A stretch of DNA of 31,757 nt, taken from Desulfobacterales bacterium (GTDB taxonomy: Bacteria; Desulfobacterota; Desulfobacteria; Desulfobacterales; UBA5616). The stretch spans positions 1 through 31,757 of the forward strand of contig JAWODC010000035.1 in assembly GCA_046483495.1 (NCBI GenBank). The letters run 5' to 3'. The translations under genes and the position numbers were made by a program. This document shows, piece after piece, positions 19,540 to 28,572 of the stretch (the first letter of the stretch is position 1; each line of letters opens with the position of its first letter). A model generated the notes under the pieces. The model was given only the letters and a program-made list of their open reading frames with translations. It was not told where the DNA came from and did not search any database.

Positions 19540-20291
19540 TCGGCATTATTGGATTTGGACGATTTTCTGCGCTGATGGTCCGGTATCTTAGAGATGAAGT
19601 CGCCATTCGCATATCGACGCGGCGGGACAAACGGGAAGAAATAACATCACTCGGGGCATTGCAGGTTCCCTTCGAAGAAGTATGCCGCCTGCCGGTCGTT
19701 ATTCTGTCGGTACCCATATCGGCGATGGAAGAAACACTGCACCGGATGGCGCCTTTGGCCCGGTCCGACGCACTGGTCATCGACGTGTGCTCCGTAAAAA
19801 CCTACCCGGTCAAATGGATGAGGGAAATACTGCCGGAATCGACGTCACTGCTTGCCACGCATCCCATGTTCGGTCCGGACAGTGCGGCGGATTCCCTGTC
19901 GGGCAGAAAAATCGTGGTGTGCAGGGAGCGCATCGGCCGTGAGCGGTATGGGAAGATCAAGGATTTTCTCACATCAAAGGGACTCATCGTAATGGAGACA
20001 TCGCCGGAAGAACACGACAGGCAGATCGCCGCAAGTTTGTCGCTGACCCACTTTCTCGGCCGCAGCCTTGCGGAATTTGGTGCGGCCCCGCTTGACATCG
20101 ATACGGAAGGTTATAAACGATTATTGCGGATACTGGAAGTGACTCAGCACGATACCTGGGAGTTGTTCCGTGACATGCATGCGTATAATCCGTATGCAAA
20201 AGGTGTCCGATCCGACTTTATGGGGGCGATTGAAAAAATCAATGACCTGCTGGAGGGAAAACGGCCGTTGCCCTTTGAAAAAAACGATTGA
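19536..20291 (+). CDS. tyrA: Prephenate/arogenate dehydrogenase
   Basis: Rossmann motif IGIIGFGRF, plus [15 protein letters not shown] and EEHD. ATGA overlap with the aroC stop. Confidence 0.88.
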   Translation: MIGIIGFGRFSALMVRYLRDEVAIRISTRRDKREEITSLGALQVPFEEVCRLPVVILSVPISAMEETLHRMAPLARSDALVIDVCSVKTYPVKWMREILPESTSLLATHPMFGPDSAADSLSGRKIVVCRERIGRERYGKIKDFLTSKGLIVMETSPEEHDRQIAASLSLTHFLGRSLAEFGAAPLDIDTEGYKRLLRILEVTQHDTWELFRDMHAYNPYAKGVRSDFMGAIEKINDLLEGKRPLPFEKND

Positions 20292-20316
20292 CAACGGGCG
20301 AAAAAAAGAACACTAT
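20288..20316 (+). promoter_or_regulatory. Putative sigma70 promoter of the trp leader
   Basis: TTGACA-17 nt-CACTAT about 30 nt upstream of the leader ATG. Confidence 0.55.
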
Positions 20317-20347
20317 TCGAAAAAAATCGTTACCGGGGAATAATACG

Positions 20348-20446
20348 ATGTTCTGCAACTTATTGAAGACTTCCACAAACAATGCATGGTGGTGGTGTGC
20401 CTGGAGAATACGGCATGCCGACGGACCACTGTACCGATCGCCGTAA
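20348..20446 (+). CDS. trpL: trp operon leader peptide (MFCNLLKTSTNNAWWWCAWRIRHADGPLYRSP)
   Basis: 32-codon ORF containing WWWCAW, upstream of tandem terminators and trpE. Confidence 0.85.
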   Translation: MFCNLLKTSTNNAWWWCAWRIRHADGPLYRSP

Positions 20447-20466
20447 CGTTGATGACATAAAAAACG

Positions 20467-20542
20467 AAAACCGTGGGCAGCCGAAACGCCCGCGGTTTTT
20501 TTTGGAGTAGAGGGCCGCGGGAAAAAACGCGGCCCTTTTTTT
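20467..20542 (+). terminator. Tandem attenuator terminators of the trp leader
   Basis: T1: AAAACCGTGGGC/GCCCGCGGTTTT with T8 (20467-20503). T2: AGGGCCGCG/CGCGGCCCT with T7 (20511-20542). Confidence 0.85.
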
Positions 20543-20574
20543 ATACGCAATACAAAACGAAAAGGAACAGGCAT

Positions 20575-22074
20575 ATGCGGTTACATCAGTTTCCCGATCA
20601 GCAGCGGTTTAAAGCGCTGTCCGCCGACCACAACGTTATACCGGTTTGTGTGGAAATCCTGGCCGATACGGAAACGCCGGTGACCTTGCTGAAAAAGTTT
20701 TACCGCGGCAATGGCGCGGTTTTTCTGTTTGAAAGCGTGGAAGGCGGCGAGCGGTGGGGACGGTACAGCTTCCTGGGGACGTCCGCCCGGTCGGATATCC
20801 GGGTCTATGAGGATGTCGTAGAAATTTCCGGAAACGGGGAGATCCGGCGGATTCCGCACCAGCACGATCCCCTGCCGGTTTTGAGAAGCATCATGTCCGA
20901 ATATGATCCCGCCGAAATCAAAGAGATGCCGAGGTTCTGGGGGGGCATGGTCGGTTACGTGACGTATGAGATGGTTTCGTTTTTCGAGGATATACCCCAT
21001 AAACTGCCGAAAAATTCGCCATTGGCACATTTCATCATTGCCGACGAGCTGATCATTTTCGACAACCTGAAGAATTCGCTTCTGGCGGTTGCCATTGCGT
21101 TTCTGGACGAAAATACATCCCCTGATGCGGCGTACCGGAATGCCGTGCAGCGTGTCGACGGGCTGCTTTCCGTTATGGCAAAACCCGTTTCTTTTGAACC
21201 GGAATATTCAGGGGAGCTCTATCGGCTCGAACCGCGATTGGATCCGGAAGTATACCGGCAATCCGTTTCCAGGGTAAAGGCCTACATTCGCGATGGTGAA
21301 ATTATTCAGGCCGTTGTTTCACAGCCGTTCACCTGCAGCAGTGTTCCGGATCTCTGGATGCTGTACCGGACGCAACGCTACATCAACCCGTCTCCCTACC
21401 TGTTTTTCCTTCACCTTGGGAATACGGCGCTTGTCGGATCGTCACCGGAAACCATGGTCCGTTTGGAAAACCGGGTGGCGACGCTGAGGCCCATTGCCGG
21501 AACGCGTCCCAGGGGGGCAAATGAGCAGGAGGACCGGCATATGGCGAATGAACTGCTGCAGGATGAAAAAGAAAAAGCCGAGCACCTGATGCTCGTGGAC
21601 CTCGGGCGAAATGACCTGGGACGGGTGGCCGTGACAGGGACGGTTCAGGTCACGGATCTGATGTTTGTCGAACGGTATTCCCATGTTATGCACCTGGTAT
21701 CCAATATTACCTGTGATGTCGAAAGCGGGTGCGATGCGTGGGATCTGCTGCGGGCCACGTTTCCGGCGGGAACCCTGTCGGGCGCTCCCAAGGTAAGGGC
21801 TATGGAAATCATCGCTGAAATGGAAGAAACACCGCGGGGGCCGTATGGCGGCGCCGTGGGGTATGTATCATTCAGCGGGAACATGGATCTGGCCATCACG
21901 ATCCGAACCGCCGTCGTGGAAAACGGGCGGCTTACCGTTCGAGCCGGCGGCGGCATCGTGGCCGATTCCGATCCGGAAAAGGAGCGTATGGAAACCGTCA
22001 ACAAGTCCAGGGCGCTGGAAAAGGCGCTTCTGCTCGTGCAACATGCATCGGTGAAAAAGGAGGATCAGCCATGA
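20575..22074 (+). CDS. trpE: Anthranilate synthase component I
   Basis: ADTETPV, LFESVEGGERWGRYSF, NPSPY, GSSPE, PIAGT, EHLMLVDLGRND and FPAGTLSGAPK. ATG 20575 follows an AAGGA RBS. Confidence 0.96.
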   Translation: MRLHQFPDQQRFKALSADHNVIPVCVEILADTETPVTLLKKFYRGNGAVFLFESVEGGERWGRYSFLGTSARSDIRVYEDVVEISGNGEIRRIPHQHDPLPVLRSIMSEYDPAEIKEMPRFWGGMVGYVTYEMVSFFEDIPHKLPKNSPLAHFIIADELIIFDNLKNSLLAVAIAFLDENTSPDAAYRNAVQRVDGLLSVMAKPVSFEPEYSGELYRLEPRLDPEVYRQSVSRVKAYIRDGEIIQAVVSQPFTCSSVPDLWMLYRTQRYINPSPYLFFLHLGNTALVGSSPETMVRLENRVATLRPIAGTRPRGANEQEDRHMANELLQDEKEKAEHLMLVDLGRNDLGRVAVTGTVQVTDLMFVERYSHVMHLVSNITCDVESGCDAWDLLRATFPAGTLSGAPKVRAMEIIAEMEETPRGPYGGAVGYVSFSGNMDLAITIRTAVVENGRLTVRAGGGIVADSDPEKERMETVNKSRALEKALLLVQHASVKKEDQP

Positions 22075-22643
22075 TCGTCGTAATCGACAACTATGATTCG
22101 TTTACGTATAACCTGGTTCAGTACATGGGCCAAATCGGTGCGGACATACAGGTTTTCAGAAACGATACGATTTCCGCTGTAGAGGTCGCGGCGTTGAATC
22201 CGTCCGGCATCGTCATATCCCCGGGCCCGGGAAGGCCCGAATCCGCCGGGATCTCCGTTTCGGTGATCGAATTGCTTTCCGGAAAAATTCCTATTCTGGG
22301 CGTCTGTCTGGGCCATCAGTCCATTGCCTGTGCGTTCGGAGGAAGCATCGTATCGGCGCGCAGCCTGATGCACGGCAAAACGTCCATGATCGACGCCGAT
22401 GGAAAGGCCGTTTACAAGGGGATTACCAGGCCCTTTCAGGCGATGCGCTACCATTCACTGGCCGTAAACGAAAATAATCTACCGGAGTGCTTCGATATCA
22501 GTGCGCGTTCCGAAGACGGTGAAATCATGGGCATACGCCATAAGTCGCATCCCACGGAAGGTATACAGTTTCACCCGGAATCCATTATGACGCCGCTCGG
22601 CAAACGCATTCTGAGAAATTTCTTAACCATGTCGCAGGTCTGA
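22071..22643 (+). CDS. trpG: Anthranilate synthase component II (glutamine amidotransferase)
   Basis: IDNYDSFTYNL, SPGPG, GVCLGHQ and QFHPES. Confidence 0.95.
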   Translation: MIVVIDNYDSFTYNLVQYMGQIGADIQVFRNDTISAVEVAALNPSGIVISPGPGRPESAGISVSVIELLSGKIPILGVCLGHQSIACAFGGSIVSARSLMHGKTSMIDADGKAVYKGITRPFQAMRYHSLAVNENNLPECFDISARSEDGEIMGIRHKSHPTEGIQFHPESIMTPLGKRILRNFLTMSQV

Positions 22644-22683
22644 ACAGACGTTACCGAAAACGATTTATTCAAGGAGAAAAAAA

Positions 22684-23703
22684 ATGGCATTTCGAGAGAG
22701 TCTTTCTAAAATTGTGAACAGAACCGATTTAAGCGAAGCGGAGATGGGTGAGATGCTGTCCGATATCTTCAACGGGAAGGCGACCGACGCCCAGATCGGT
22801 GCTATGATGGGGGCCCTGGCGACGAAAGGCGAAACCTTCGAAGAGCTCGCCGGTGCGGCGCGGGTTATGAGACGAAAAGCCCTGCGCATTCAGTCTTCGG
22901 CCGAGACCGTTCTGGACACCTGCGGCACCGGAGGGGACGGCGCCGGAACGTTTAACATTTCCACGACGACCGCTTTTGTGGTGGCCGGTTGCGGCGTTTG
23001 CACGGCCAAGCACGGAAATCGCTCCATATCCAGCCGGTGCGGCAGTGCCGATTTGTTGGAGGCGTTGGGGGTCAAGATCGATACGGACCCCGAAATCGTA
23101 GAGGAGGCGCTGCAGGAAATCGGCATCGGTTTCATGTTCGCACCGGTTTACCACGGGGCGATGCGGTTTGCCGCAACGGCCAGGAAAGAGGTGGGGCTGC
23201 GGTCCATTTTCAATATGCTGGGGCCATTGACCAATCCGGCTGCGGCCAATTGCCAGCTGGTGGGGGTGTATGCGCCGGAGCTCACCGAAATGTTTGCCGC
23301 CGCATTGAACCTGCTGGGAGTGAAGCGGGCTTTTGTGGTTCACGGCCACGACGGGCTCGATGAAATTTCCGTATGCGCCCCAACCCGGGTTTCGGAATTA
23401 AAAGACGGCCTCGTTCGTACATACGATATCTCGCCGGAACAATTTTTTGACAGGCAGGCGGACCCGGAAGAACTCGTCGGGGGGGATCCGGAGGTAAACG
23501 CCCAAATCACCCGCAGTATTTTGCAGGGAGAAAAAGGCGCCCGCCGGGACGTGGTCGTCCTCAATGCAGCGGCTGCGCTGGTGGCTGCCGGCAAGGCCCA
23601 AAGCACCAAAAGCGGTATTGCCCTGGCTGAAGCCGCGATCGACGGCGGGGGTGCAATGGAGAAGTTAAATGCATTGATTCAGTATACCCGGGAAAACGGA
23701 TAA
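22684..23703 (+). CDS. trpD: Anthranilate phosphoribosyltransferase
   Basis: DTCGTGGDG, NISTT, KHGNRS, GSAD and GLDE. Confidence 0.96.
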   Translation: MAFRESLSKIVNRTDLSEAEMGEMLSDIFNGKATDAQIGAMMGALATKGETFEELAGAARVMRRKALRIQSSAETVLDTCGTGGDGAGTFNISTTTAFVVAGCGVCTAKHGNRSISSRCGSADLLEALGVKIDTDPEIVEEALQEIGIGFMFAPVYHGAMRFAATARKEVGLRSIFNMLGPLTNPAAANCQLVGVYAPELTEMFAAALNLLGVKRAFVVHGHDGLDEISVCAPTRVSELKDGLVRTYDISPEQFFDRQADPEELVGGDPEVNAQITRSILQGEKGARRDVVVLNAAAALVAAGKAQSTKSGIALAEAAIDGGGAMEKLNALIQYTRENG

Positions 23704-23708
23704 ACGCC

Positions 23709-24521
23709 ATGACAAAGGATTTTCTGACCACCATCGTGCAGGCGAAGAGGGATCGGGTTGCCGCTGCAAAGAAAAGAATATCCGAAAGCGATCTGTACCA
23801 CAATTTCGGCGGGGGGAGAGTAAAGCGGCCCTTTTTTCACAACCTGTCGGTCCCCGGCGCAGGGGGTCTCAACATTATTGCGGAAATCAAGCGGGCATCC
23901 CCCTCAAAGGGACCTATTCGAGAGGACCTGGATCCGGCCCGGTTTGCAAGCTCCTACGAAAAAGGCGGTGCTGCGGCGGTATCCGTGTTGACGGACGAGC
24001 GGTTTTTCAACGGCAGCCTGGCGGATTTGCGGCGTGCACGTGCGGCGACAACCCTTCCCGTGCTCCGTAAGGACTTCATTATTTCTTCCTACCAGATCCA
24101 TGAGGCGTATGCCGCCGGCGCGGATGCCGTTTTGCTGATCGCTCGAATCCTCGACCGGGAAATGCTCAAAGACTTTATGGATATCTGCAGGGATATCGAT
24201 ATGGATACACTGGTTGAAATTCACCGGGAAAAAGACATCGAAACGGCCGCGCTTGCCGGTGCCGAACTGATCGGGATCAACAACCGTGATCTGAGCTCGT
24301 TTAAGACGGATATCCAAACGGCGTTCCGATTAGCCGCTATGCTGGCCCCCGGTCAGATACCCGTAGCGGCCAGCGGAATACGTTCACGGGAAGATATCGT
24401 ACGCACCAAAAAAGCCGGAATCTTCAATTTTCTCATCGGGGAAAGTCTGGTGCGGGCGGAAAACACAGAAGCATTTTTGAAAAGCCTTTTGGGTGCACAG
24501 GCGGAAAATGGGGCCTTATGA
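23709..24521 (+). CDS. trpC: Indole-3-glycerol-phosphate synthase
   Basis: IIAEIKRASPSKG, SVLTD, LRKDF and GINNRDL. Confidence 0.96.
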   Translation: MTKDFLTTIVQAKRDRVAAAKKRISESDLYHNFGGGRVKRPFFHNLSVPGAGGLNIIAEIKRASPSKGPIREDLDPARFASSYEKGGAAAVSVLTDERFFNGSLADLRRARAATTLPVLRKDFIISSYQIHEAYAAGADAVLLIARILDREMLKDFMDICRDIDMDTLVEIHREKDIETAALAGAELIGINNRDLSSFKTDIQTAFRLAAMLAPGQIPVAASGIRSREDIVRTKKAGIFNFLIGESLVRAENTEAFLKSLLGAQAENGAL

Positions 24522-25183
24522 GTACAGAAGCAGCTCCCCAGGTGAAAATTTGCGGCATTACCCGGATCGAGGATGCTCTTTCATGTGTCCGATGCGGAGC
24601 GGATGCGCTGGGATTCGTTTTCTTCCCGAAAAGTCCGAGATGCGTATCCGTCGAAACCACCAAAGCCATCATCAGCCGCCTGCCGAAAACGGTAACGACG
24701 GTCGGCGTGTTCGTCGACGCCTCGTTTAACCACATAAAGCGCAGCGTCGAAACATGCGGGCTTGACGCCGTACAGCTGCACGGGCGGGAATCACCGGAAA
24801 TGGTCCGCCGGCTGGGCGCTGAAAACCTGATCGTCATCAAAACGCTTTTTTCGAAGCGGCCCCCGTATATCGACGAGATGCTCGACTTCGACGCCTCGGC
24901 GGTTCTGGCGGAATGCGGAAGAGGTGACTTACCGGGGGGAAACGCGCTTGCCTGGAACTGGTCCGAAGCAGGCAGGCTCAACCGTCACCATCCCCTTATC
25001 CTGGCCGGCGGGCTGACCCCCGAAAATGTCCGGCAGGCCGTTCGTGATGCCCAGCCGGATGCCGTGGACGTCAGTTCGGGCGTTGAACTGCTGCCGGGGC
25101 GAAAAAACCCAGAAAAGATAAAGGCATTTGTCGAACGGGTCAGAGATGTGCGAGTCCTTTCGCCGAAGAAAATATTCGGATAA
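24518..25183 (+). CDS. trpF: Phosphoribosylanthranilate isomerase
   Basis: VKICGIT, SPR, VQLHG, LAGGLTPENV and VDVSSGVE. Confidence 0.95.
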   Translation: MSTEAAPQVKICGITRIEDALSCVRCGADALGFVFFPKSPRCVSVETTKAIISRLPKTVTTVGVFVDASFNHIKRSVETCGLDAVQLHGRESPEMVRRLGAENLIVIKTLFSKRPPYIDEMLDFDASAVLAECGRGDLPGGNALAWNWSEAGRLNRHHPLILAGGLTPENVRQAVRDAQPDAVDVSSGVELLPGRKNPEKIKAFVERVRDVRVLSPKKIFG

Positions 25184-25219
25184 CGGGCGTTTTCTTGTGT
25201 TCACCTCCTGCTACTGCAG

Positions 25220-25981
25220 TCACCGAAGACTTCTGATGAAGGCCCCCACGGCATCGACACCCTCGCGATCGAAAACCCGGATGGCTTCCGATCCGACGAC
25301 GGCGATATCCGCCTTGCCGCGCAAAAAATCGACTTCGGTTTTATCTTTTACACCGAATCCGACTGCAAGCGGAAGCCGGGTATTTCTTCGGCATGCGTTA
25401 AGGTAGTCGGCAAGCTCCTCTGAAAAAGCCGTTTTTTCGCCGGTCACCCCTTTTCGGGCAACGCAGTAAATGAATCCATCGGCCCGGCTGTCGATGAACC
25501 CCATTCGTTTTTCCGGTGTTGTCGGCGAGAAAATGTAAATAGGGGCCAATTGGTGGTTTTTCATAGCGGTCTGGTATTCATCGGCTTCCTCGGGTGGAAG
25601 GTCCGGAACGATCGCCCCTTTTACACCGGCCGCGGCCAACCCGGAAACGAACCGGTCCACGCCGGACGCAAAAAGAATATTGTAGTACGTCATGATCAAA
25701 AAAGGGATATCGAACAGCTCCGTCACCTTTCGGGCAAACGCCATGCAGGCCGACACCCGGGTGCCGTTGGCAAGCGCTTTCTGATTGGCGTTGAGAATCA
25801 CCGGCCCGTCCGCAATCGGTTCCGAAAACGGAATCTGCAGCTCCATGAGATCGACACCGGCATTGACCATGGCCGAAACAACGGCGAGTGAATCATCGAA
25901 GGACGGATATCCCATCACGATATGGGTCATGAGCAGAATGTCTTTTTCTTCCAATCTTTTCCGGATATCGTTATCCAGCAT
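25220..25981 (-). CDS. trpA: Tryptophan synthase alpha chain
   Basis: ELQIPFSEPIADGPVI, MTYYN, PDLPPEE, GVTG, VGFG and VVGS. Confidence 0.95.
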   Translation of the reverse strand: MLDNDIRKRLEEKDILLMTHIVMGYPSFDDSLAVVSAMVNAGVDLMELQIPFSEPIADGPVILNANQKALANGTRVSACMAFARKVTELFDIPFLIMTYYNILFASGVDRFVSGLAAAGVKGAIVPDLPPEEADEYQTAMKNHQLAPIYIFSPTTPEKRMGFIDSRADGFIYCVARKGVTGEKTAFSEELADYLNACRRNTRLPLAVGFGVKDKTEVDFLRGKADIAVVGSEAIRVFDREGVDAVGAFIRSLR

Positions 25982-27200
25982 GATAGTCCTCCGCCTTTTT
26001 CATGATGAACCGTTTCCAGCCGGGATCGTCAAATGCATCGGCAATGGTAAAAATGTCTTTGTCTCCCCTTCCGGACTGATTGATGACAACGACTTCATCG
26101 GGGCCGAGTTGCGGCGCTTCCTTGAAGGCCTGGACAAACGCGTGGGCGGATTCCAGAGCCGGAATCAGGCCCTCTTTTCTCACGGTCAAGGCAAGGGCGT
26201 CCACCACCTCCCGGTCCGTTGCCGCCTCGAACCGGACACGCCCGGTTTCCTTCAGTTGGGACAAGATCGGCGAAACCCCCACGTAATCCAATCCGGCGGC
26301 GATGCTGTGGGTCTCCTTCATCTGGCCGTCTTCATCCTGGAGAAAATAGGACTTGTAGCCCTGGGCCACGCCGATGCCGCCGTCTTTGGATTTCAGCCGG
26401 GAAGCATGCGATCCCGTATCGAGACCCTTTCCGCCGGCTTCCACCCCTACCAGCTCGACCGGATCGGTCATGAACCCCTGGAAAATCCCCATGGCATTGG
26501 AGCCGCCGCCCACACAGGCATAAACCCGCGCCGGCAGTTTGTTTTCGGTATTCAGGATTTGCTCCCTTGCTTCTTTTCCGATGATGGACTGAAAATAGGA
26601 CACCATCTCGGGGAAGGGATGGGGGCCGCTGGCCGTTCCCAGCACATAATGGGTGGCGGCCATGTTTCTTGCCCAATCCCGAAAGGCTTCGTTGATGGCG
26701 TCTTTTAAAATGCGGGTGCCGTCCGTAACCGGTATCACCTCGGCTCCCAGCCGTTCCATCCAGAACACGTTGGGCCGCTGCCGAACGACATCCGTTTCAC
26801 CCATGTAAATGGTGCAGGCAAAACCGAACTTGGCCGCCATGGTTGCACAGGCCACGCCATGCTGGCCGGCCCCTGTTTCGGCGATCACCCTTTTTTTGCC
26901 CATACGTTGAACCAAAAGGCCCTGTCCCATGACATTGTTGGCCTTGTGCGCTCCGGTGTGGTTCAGATCTTCACGTTTGATGTAGATTTTGGCGCCGCCG
27001 AAATGCCGGGTTAAATTCTCGGCATAGGTCAGGGGTGTCGGACGGCATGAATAGGTCGACATGATGGATTCATAGGATGACCAGAAATGGGGATCATGTT
27101 TTGCGGCTGTAAACGCGGCTTCCAGTTCTTCGAACGTCGCTGTGAGTATTTCGGGGATGAATGCGCCGCCGAATCGGCCGTAGTAGCCTCTAGTTTTCAT
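25971..27200 (-). CDS. trpB: Tryptophan synthase beta chain (TrpB1 type)
   Basis: KREDLNHTGAHK (PLP lysine), AETGAGQHG, CVGGGSNA, AGLDY, PALESAHA and SGRGDKD. Confidence 0.96.
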   Translation of the reverse strand: MKTRGYYGRFGGAFIPEILTATFEELEAAFTAAKHDPHFWSSYESIMSTYSCRPTPLTYAENLTRHFGGAKIYIKREDLNHTGAHKANNVMGQGLLVQRMGKKRVIAETGAGQHGVACATMAAKFGFACTIYMGETDVVRQRPNVFWMERLGAEVIPVTDGTRILKDAINEAFRDWARNMAATHYVLGTASGPHPFPEMVSYFQSIIGKEAREQILNTENKLPARVYACVGGGSNAMGIFQGFMTDPVELVGVEAGGKGLDTGSHASRLKSKDGGIGVAQGYKSYFLQDEDGQMKETHSIAAGLDYVGVSPILSQLKETGRVRFEAATDREVVDALALTVRKEGLIPALESAHAFVQAFKEAPQLGPDEVVVINQSGRGDKDIFTIADAFDDPGWKRFIMKKAEDYHAG

Positions 27201-27924
27201 CTTGAATTCCTCCGAGTTTCTGGGAGAAGACGAACCGGTCCGTACGGCAGAAAAGGTCCGAGTAGACGCCGTTTGGGACGTCGGGAAAATCGATGAACCG
27301 GTTCAGCGCCAAAACGGGCGTTTCCTTCGATACGCCCAGCAGTCTGGCCCTTGCGGCATTGGGATATGCGATTCTGAAATGCTGTCTTCCACCGGTCGGC
27401 TTTAGATAGAAATAATCCGATACGATCTGTGAAAGGGACCGGCCGGTGAGGTCGAATTTGTCAATGCCGGAAAACAGTCCGGGATGGAGATAAATATCTT
27501 CCAGCAGGACGGGTTCATTGTCGACCCGGCTGACCCGTGGAAAAAAATAGGCGTTTTGATCGAAGAAAGGATTGGCGGCATCCTGATGCACCGTAATCAG
27601 GCGGATACGATTCACGATGTGCGATACGACGGATATGCCCTTTTTCTGAAAGGAGGAGAGGGTTCCAGCCAGACTGAACAGATCCACTTCGCGATGCTCG
27701 TTCTGCACAAACGTGCCGGCGCCCCGCTTTCTACGAAGCACGCCTTTGCGGACCAATACTTCCGTGGCCTGCCGGACCGTTGGCCGGCCGATGTTGTAGT
27801 GTTTTGCCATCTCGTGTTCGGAAGGAAGCCGGGTACCCGGCGGATAGTCGCCATTGATGACTTTTTCGCTGATGATATCGGCCAGTTGTTGATACAGCGG
27901 CAGTGGTGATGTTGTGTTCAGCAT
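27190..27924 (-). CDS. GntR-family (HutC/UTRA subfamily) transcriptional regulator
   Basis: wHTH PLYQQL...LPSEHEMAKHYNIGRPTVRQA...RKRGAGTFV followed by a UTRA-like C-terminal domain. Its stop overlaps the trpB start. An alternative GTG start lies at 27957. Confidence 0.9.
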   Translation of the reverse strand: MLNTTSPLPLYQQLADIISEKVINGDYPPGTRLPSEHEMAKHYNIGRPTVRQATEVLVRKGVLRRKRGAGTFVQNEHREVDLFSLAGTLSSFQKKGISVVSHIVNRIRLITVHQDAANPFFDQNAYFFPRVSRVDNEPVLLEDIYLHPGLFSGIDKFDLTGRSLSQIVSDYFYLKPTGGRQHFRIAYPNAARARLLGVSKETPVLALNRFIDFPDVPNGVYSDLFCRTDRFVFSQKLGGIQDEN

Positions 27925-28002
27925 CGTTATATTCCTGTAAAGCAAGGTTGCGGGCACGGCCGATCTCCCTGTCGTGGATCCAGCCGCCCCTTTTTACAGT
28001 TG

Positions 28003-28045
28003 AGACTATCTAAAATTGGTAAAGTTGTCAATACAAATTTAGATA
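28003..28045 (-). promoter_or_regulatory. Putative gntR-trpBA promoter with an overlapping palindromic operator
   Basis: Minus strand TTGACA(28031-28026)-17 nt-TAGTCT. The palindrome TTGT-CAAT-ACAA (28025-28036) covers the -35 box and is flanked by TATCTAAA...TTTAGATA. Confidence 0.6.
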
Positions 28046-28202
28046 AAGCTTGTTTTAAATTTTCCTGCCGGGCGCTTCGCTCAAGCAGTCCTTTTCGGGT
28101 GAGTTTGTTCGGCGGCAACCCTTGGCCCGGTCCACTCCGCCATGAACGCAAGTTAAAATATATTGACCCGCCCGAGCATTACATGATAGACAAAACAGCT
28201 TA

Positions 28203-28290
28203 GGAGGGATGGCCGAGTGGTTTAAGGCGGCGGTCTTGAAAACCGTTGAGTGTCAAAGCTCCGTGGGTTCGAATCCTACTCCCTCCGCCA
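28203..28290 (+). tRNA. tRNA-Ser (anticodon TGA)
   Basis: Acceptor stem GGAGGGA/TCCCTCC with GCCA end, D-loop AGTGG, anticodon arm GCGGT-CTTGAAA-ACCGT, long variable arm, T-loop GGTTCGAATCC. Confidence 0.97.
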
Positions 28291-28317
28291 CATCAGCATT
28301 CGACACCGTCCGATTTC

Positions 28318-28340
28318 AAAAAGCCCTCATGGGTTTTTCT
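28318..28340 (+). terminator. Terminator after tRNA-Ser
   Basis: AAAAAGCCC-TCAT-GGGTTTTT. Confidence 0.6.
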
Positions 28341-28572
28341 ATTTCTATTTGTCCGACACCGTTTTACAAAATCAATTGACATATTCCTCATGCACATCCC
28401 CGGGTATGCAGATTTCTCAGCATTCTGAAAATCGCACTTCATACTTTTCATAACCGGAGTGCTGAAGAGTGATTGAGCGGCGGTTCCGCGAGTCAGGCTT
28501 GGTTATCAGGAAAGAGTACCGTAATTATCTTGACGATTTCGGGTGCAGATAATAGTTTTTATGCAAAATACC

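Noticed and set aside
15510..26708. Numerous long antisense or alternate-frame ORFs over the aro and trp genes (e.g. 25785-26708 +, 16142-16822 -)
   Set aside because: They are shadows of codon bias in well-conserved genes, with no motifs or RBS.
28203..28290. tRNA with 'TGA' considered as tRNA-Sec, or as an integration site
   Set aside because: Anticodon TGA reads UCA (Ser), whereas tRNA-Sec has anticodon TCA and an 8-bp acceptor stem. I found no duplicated tRNA 3' end (att site) in the window.
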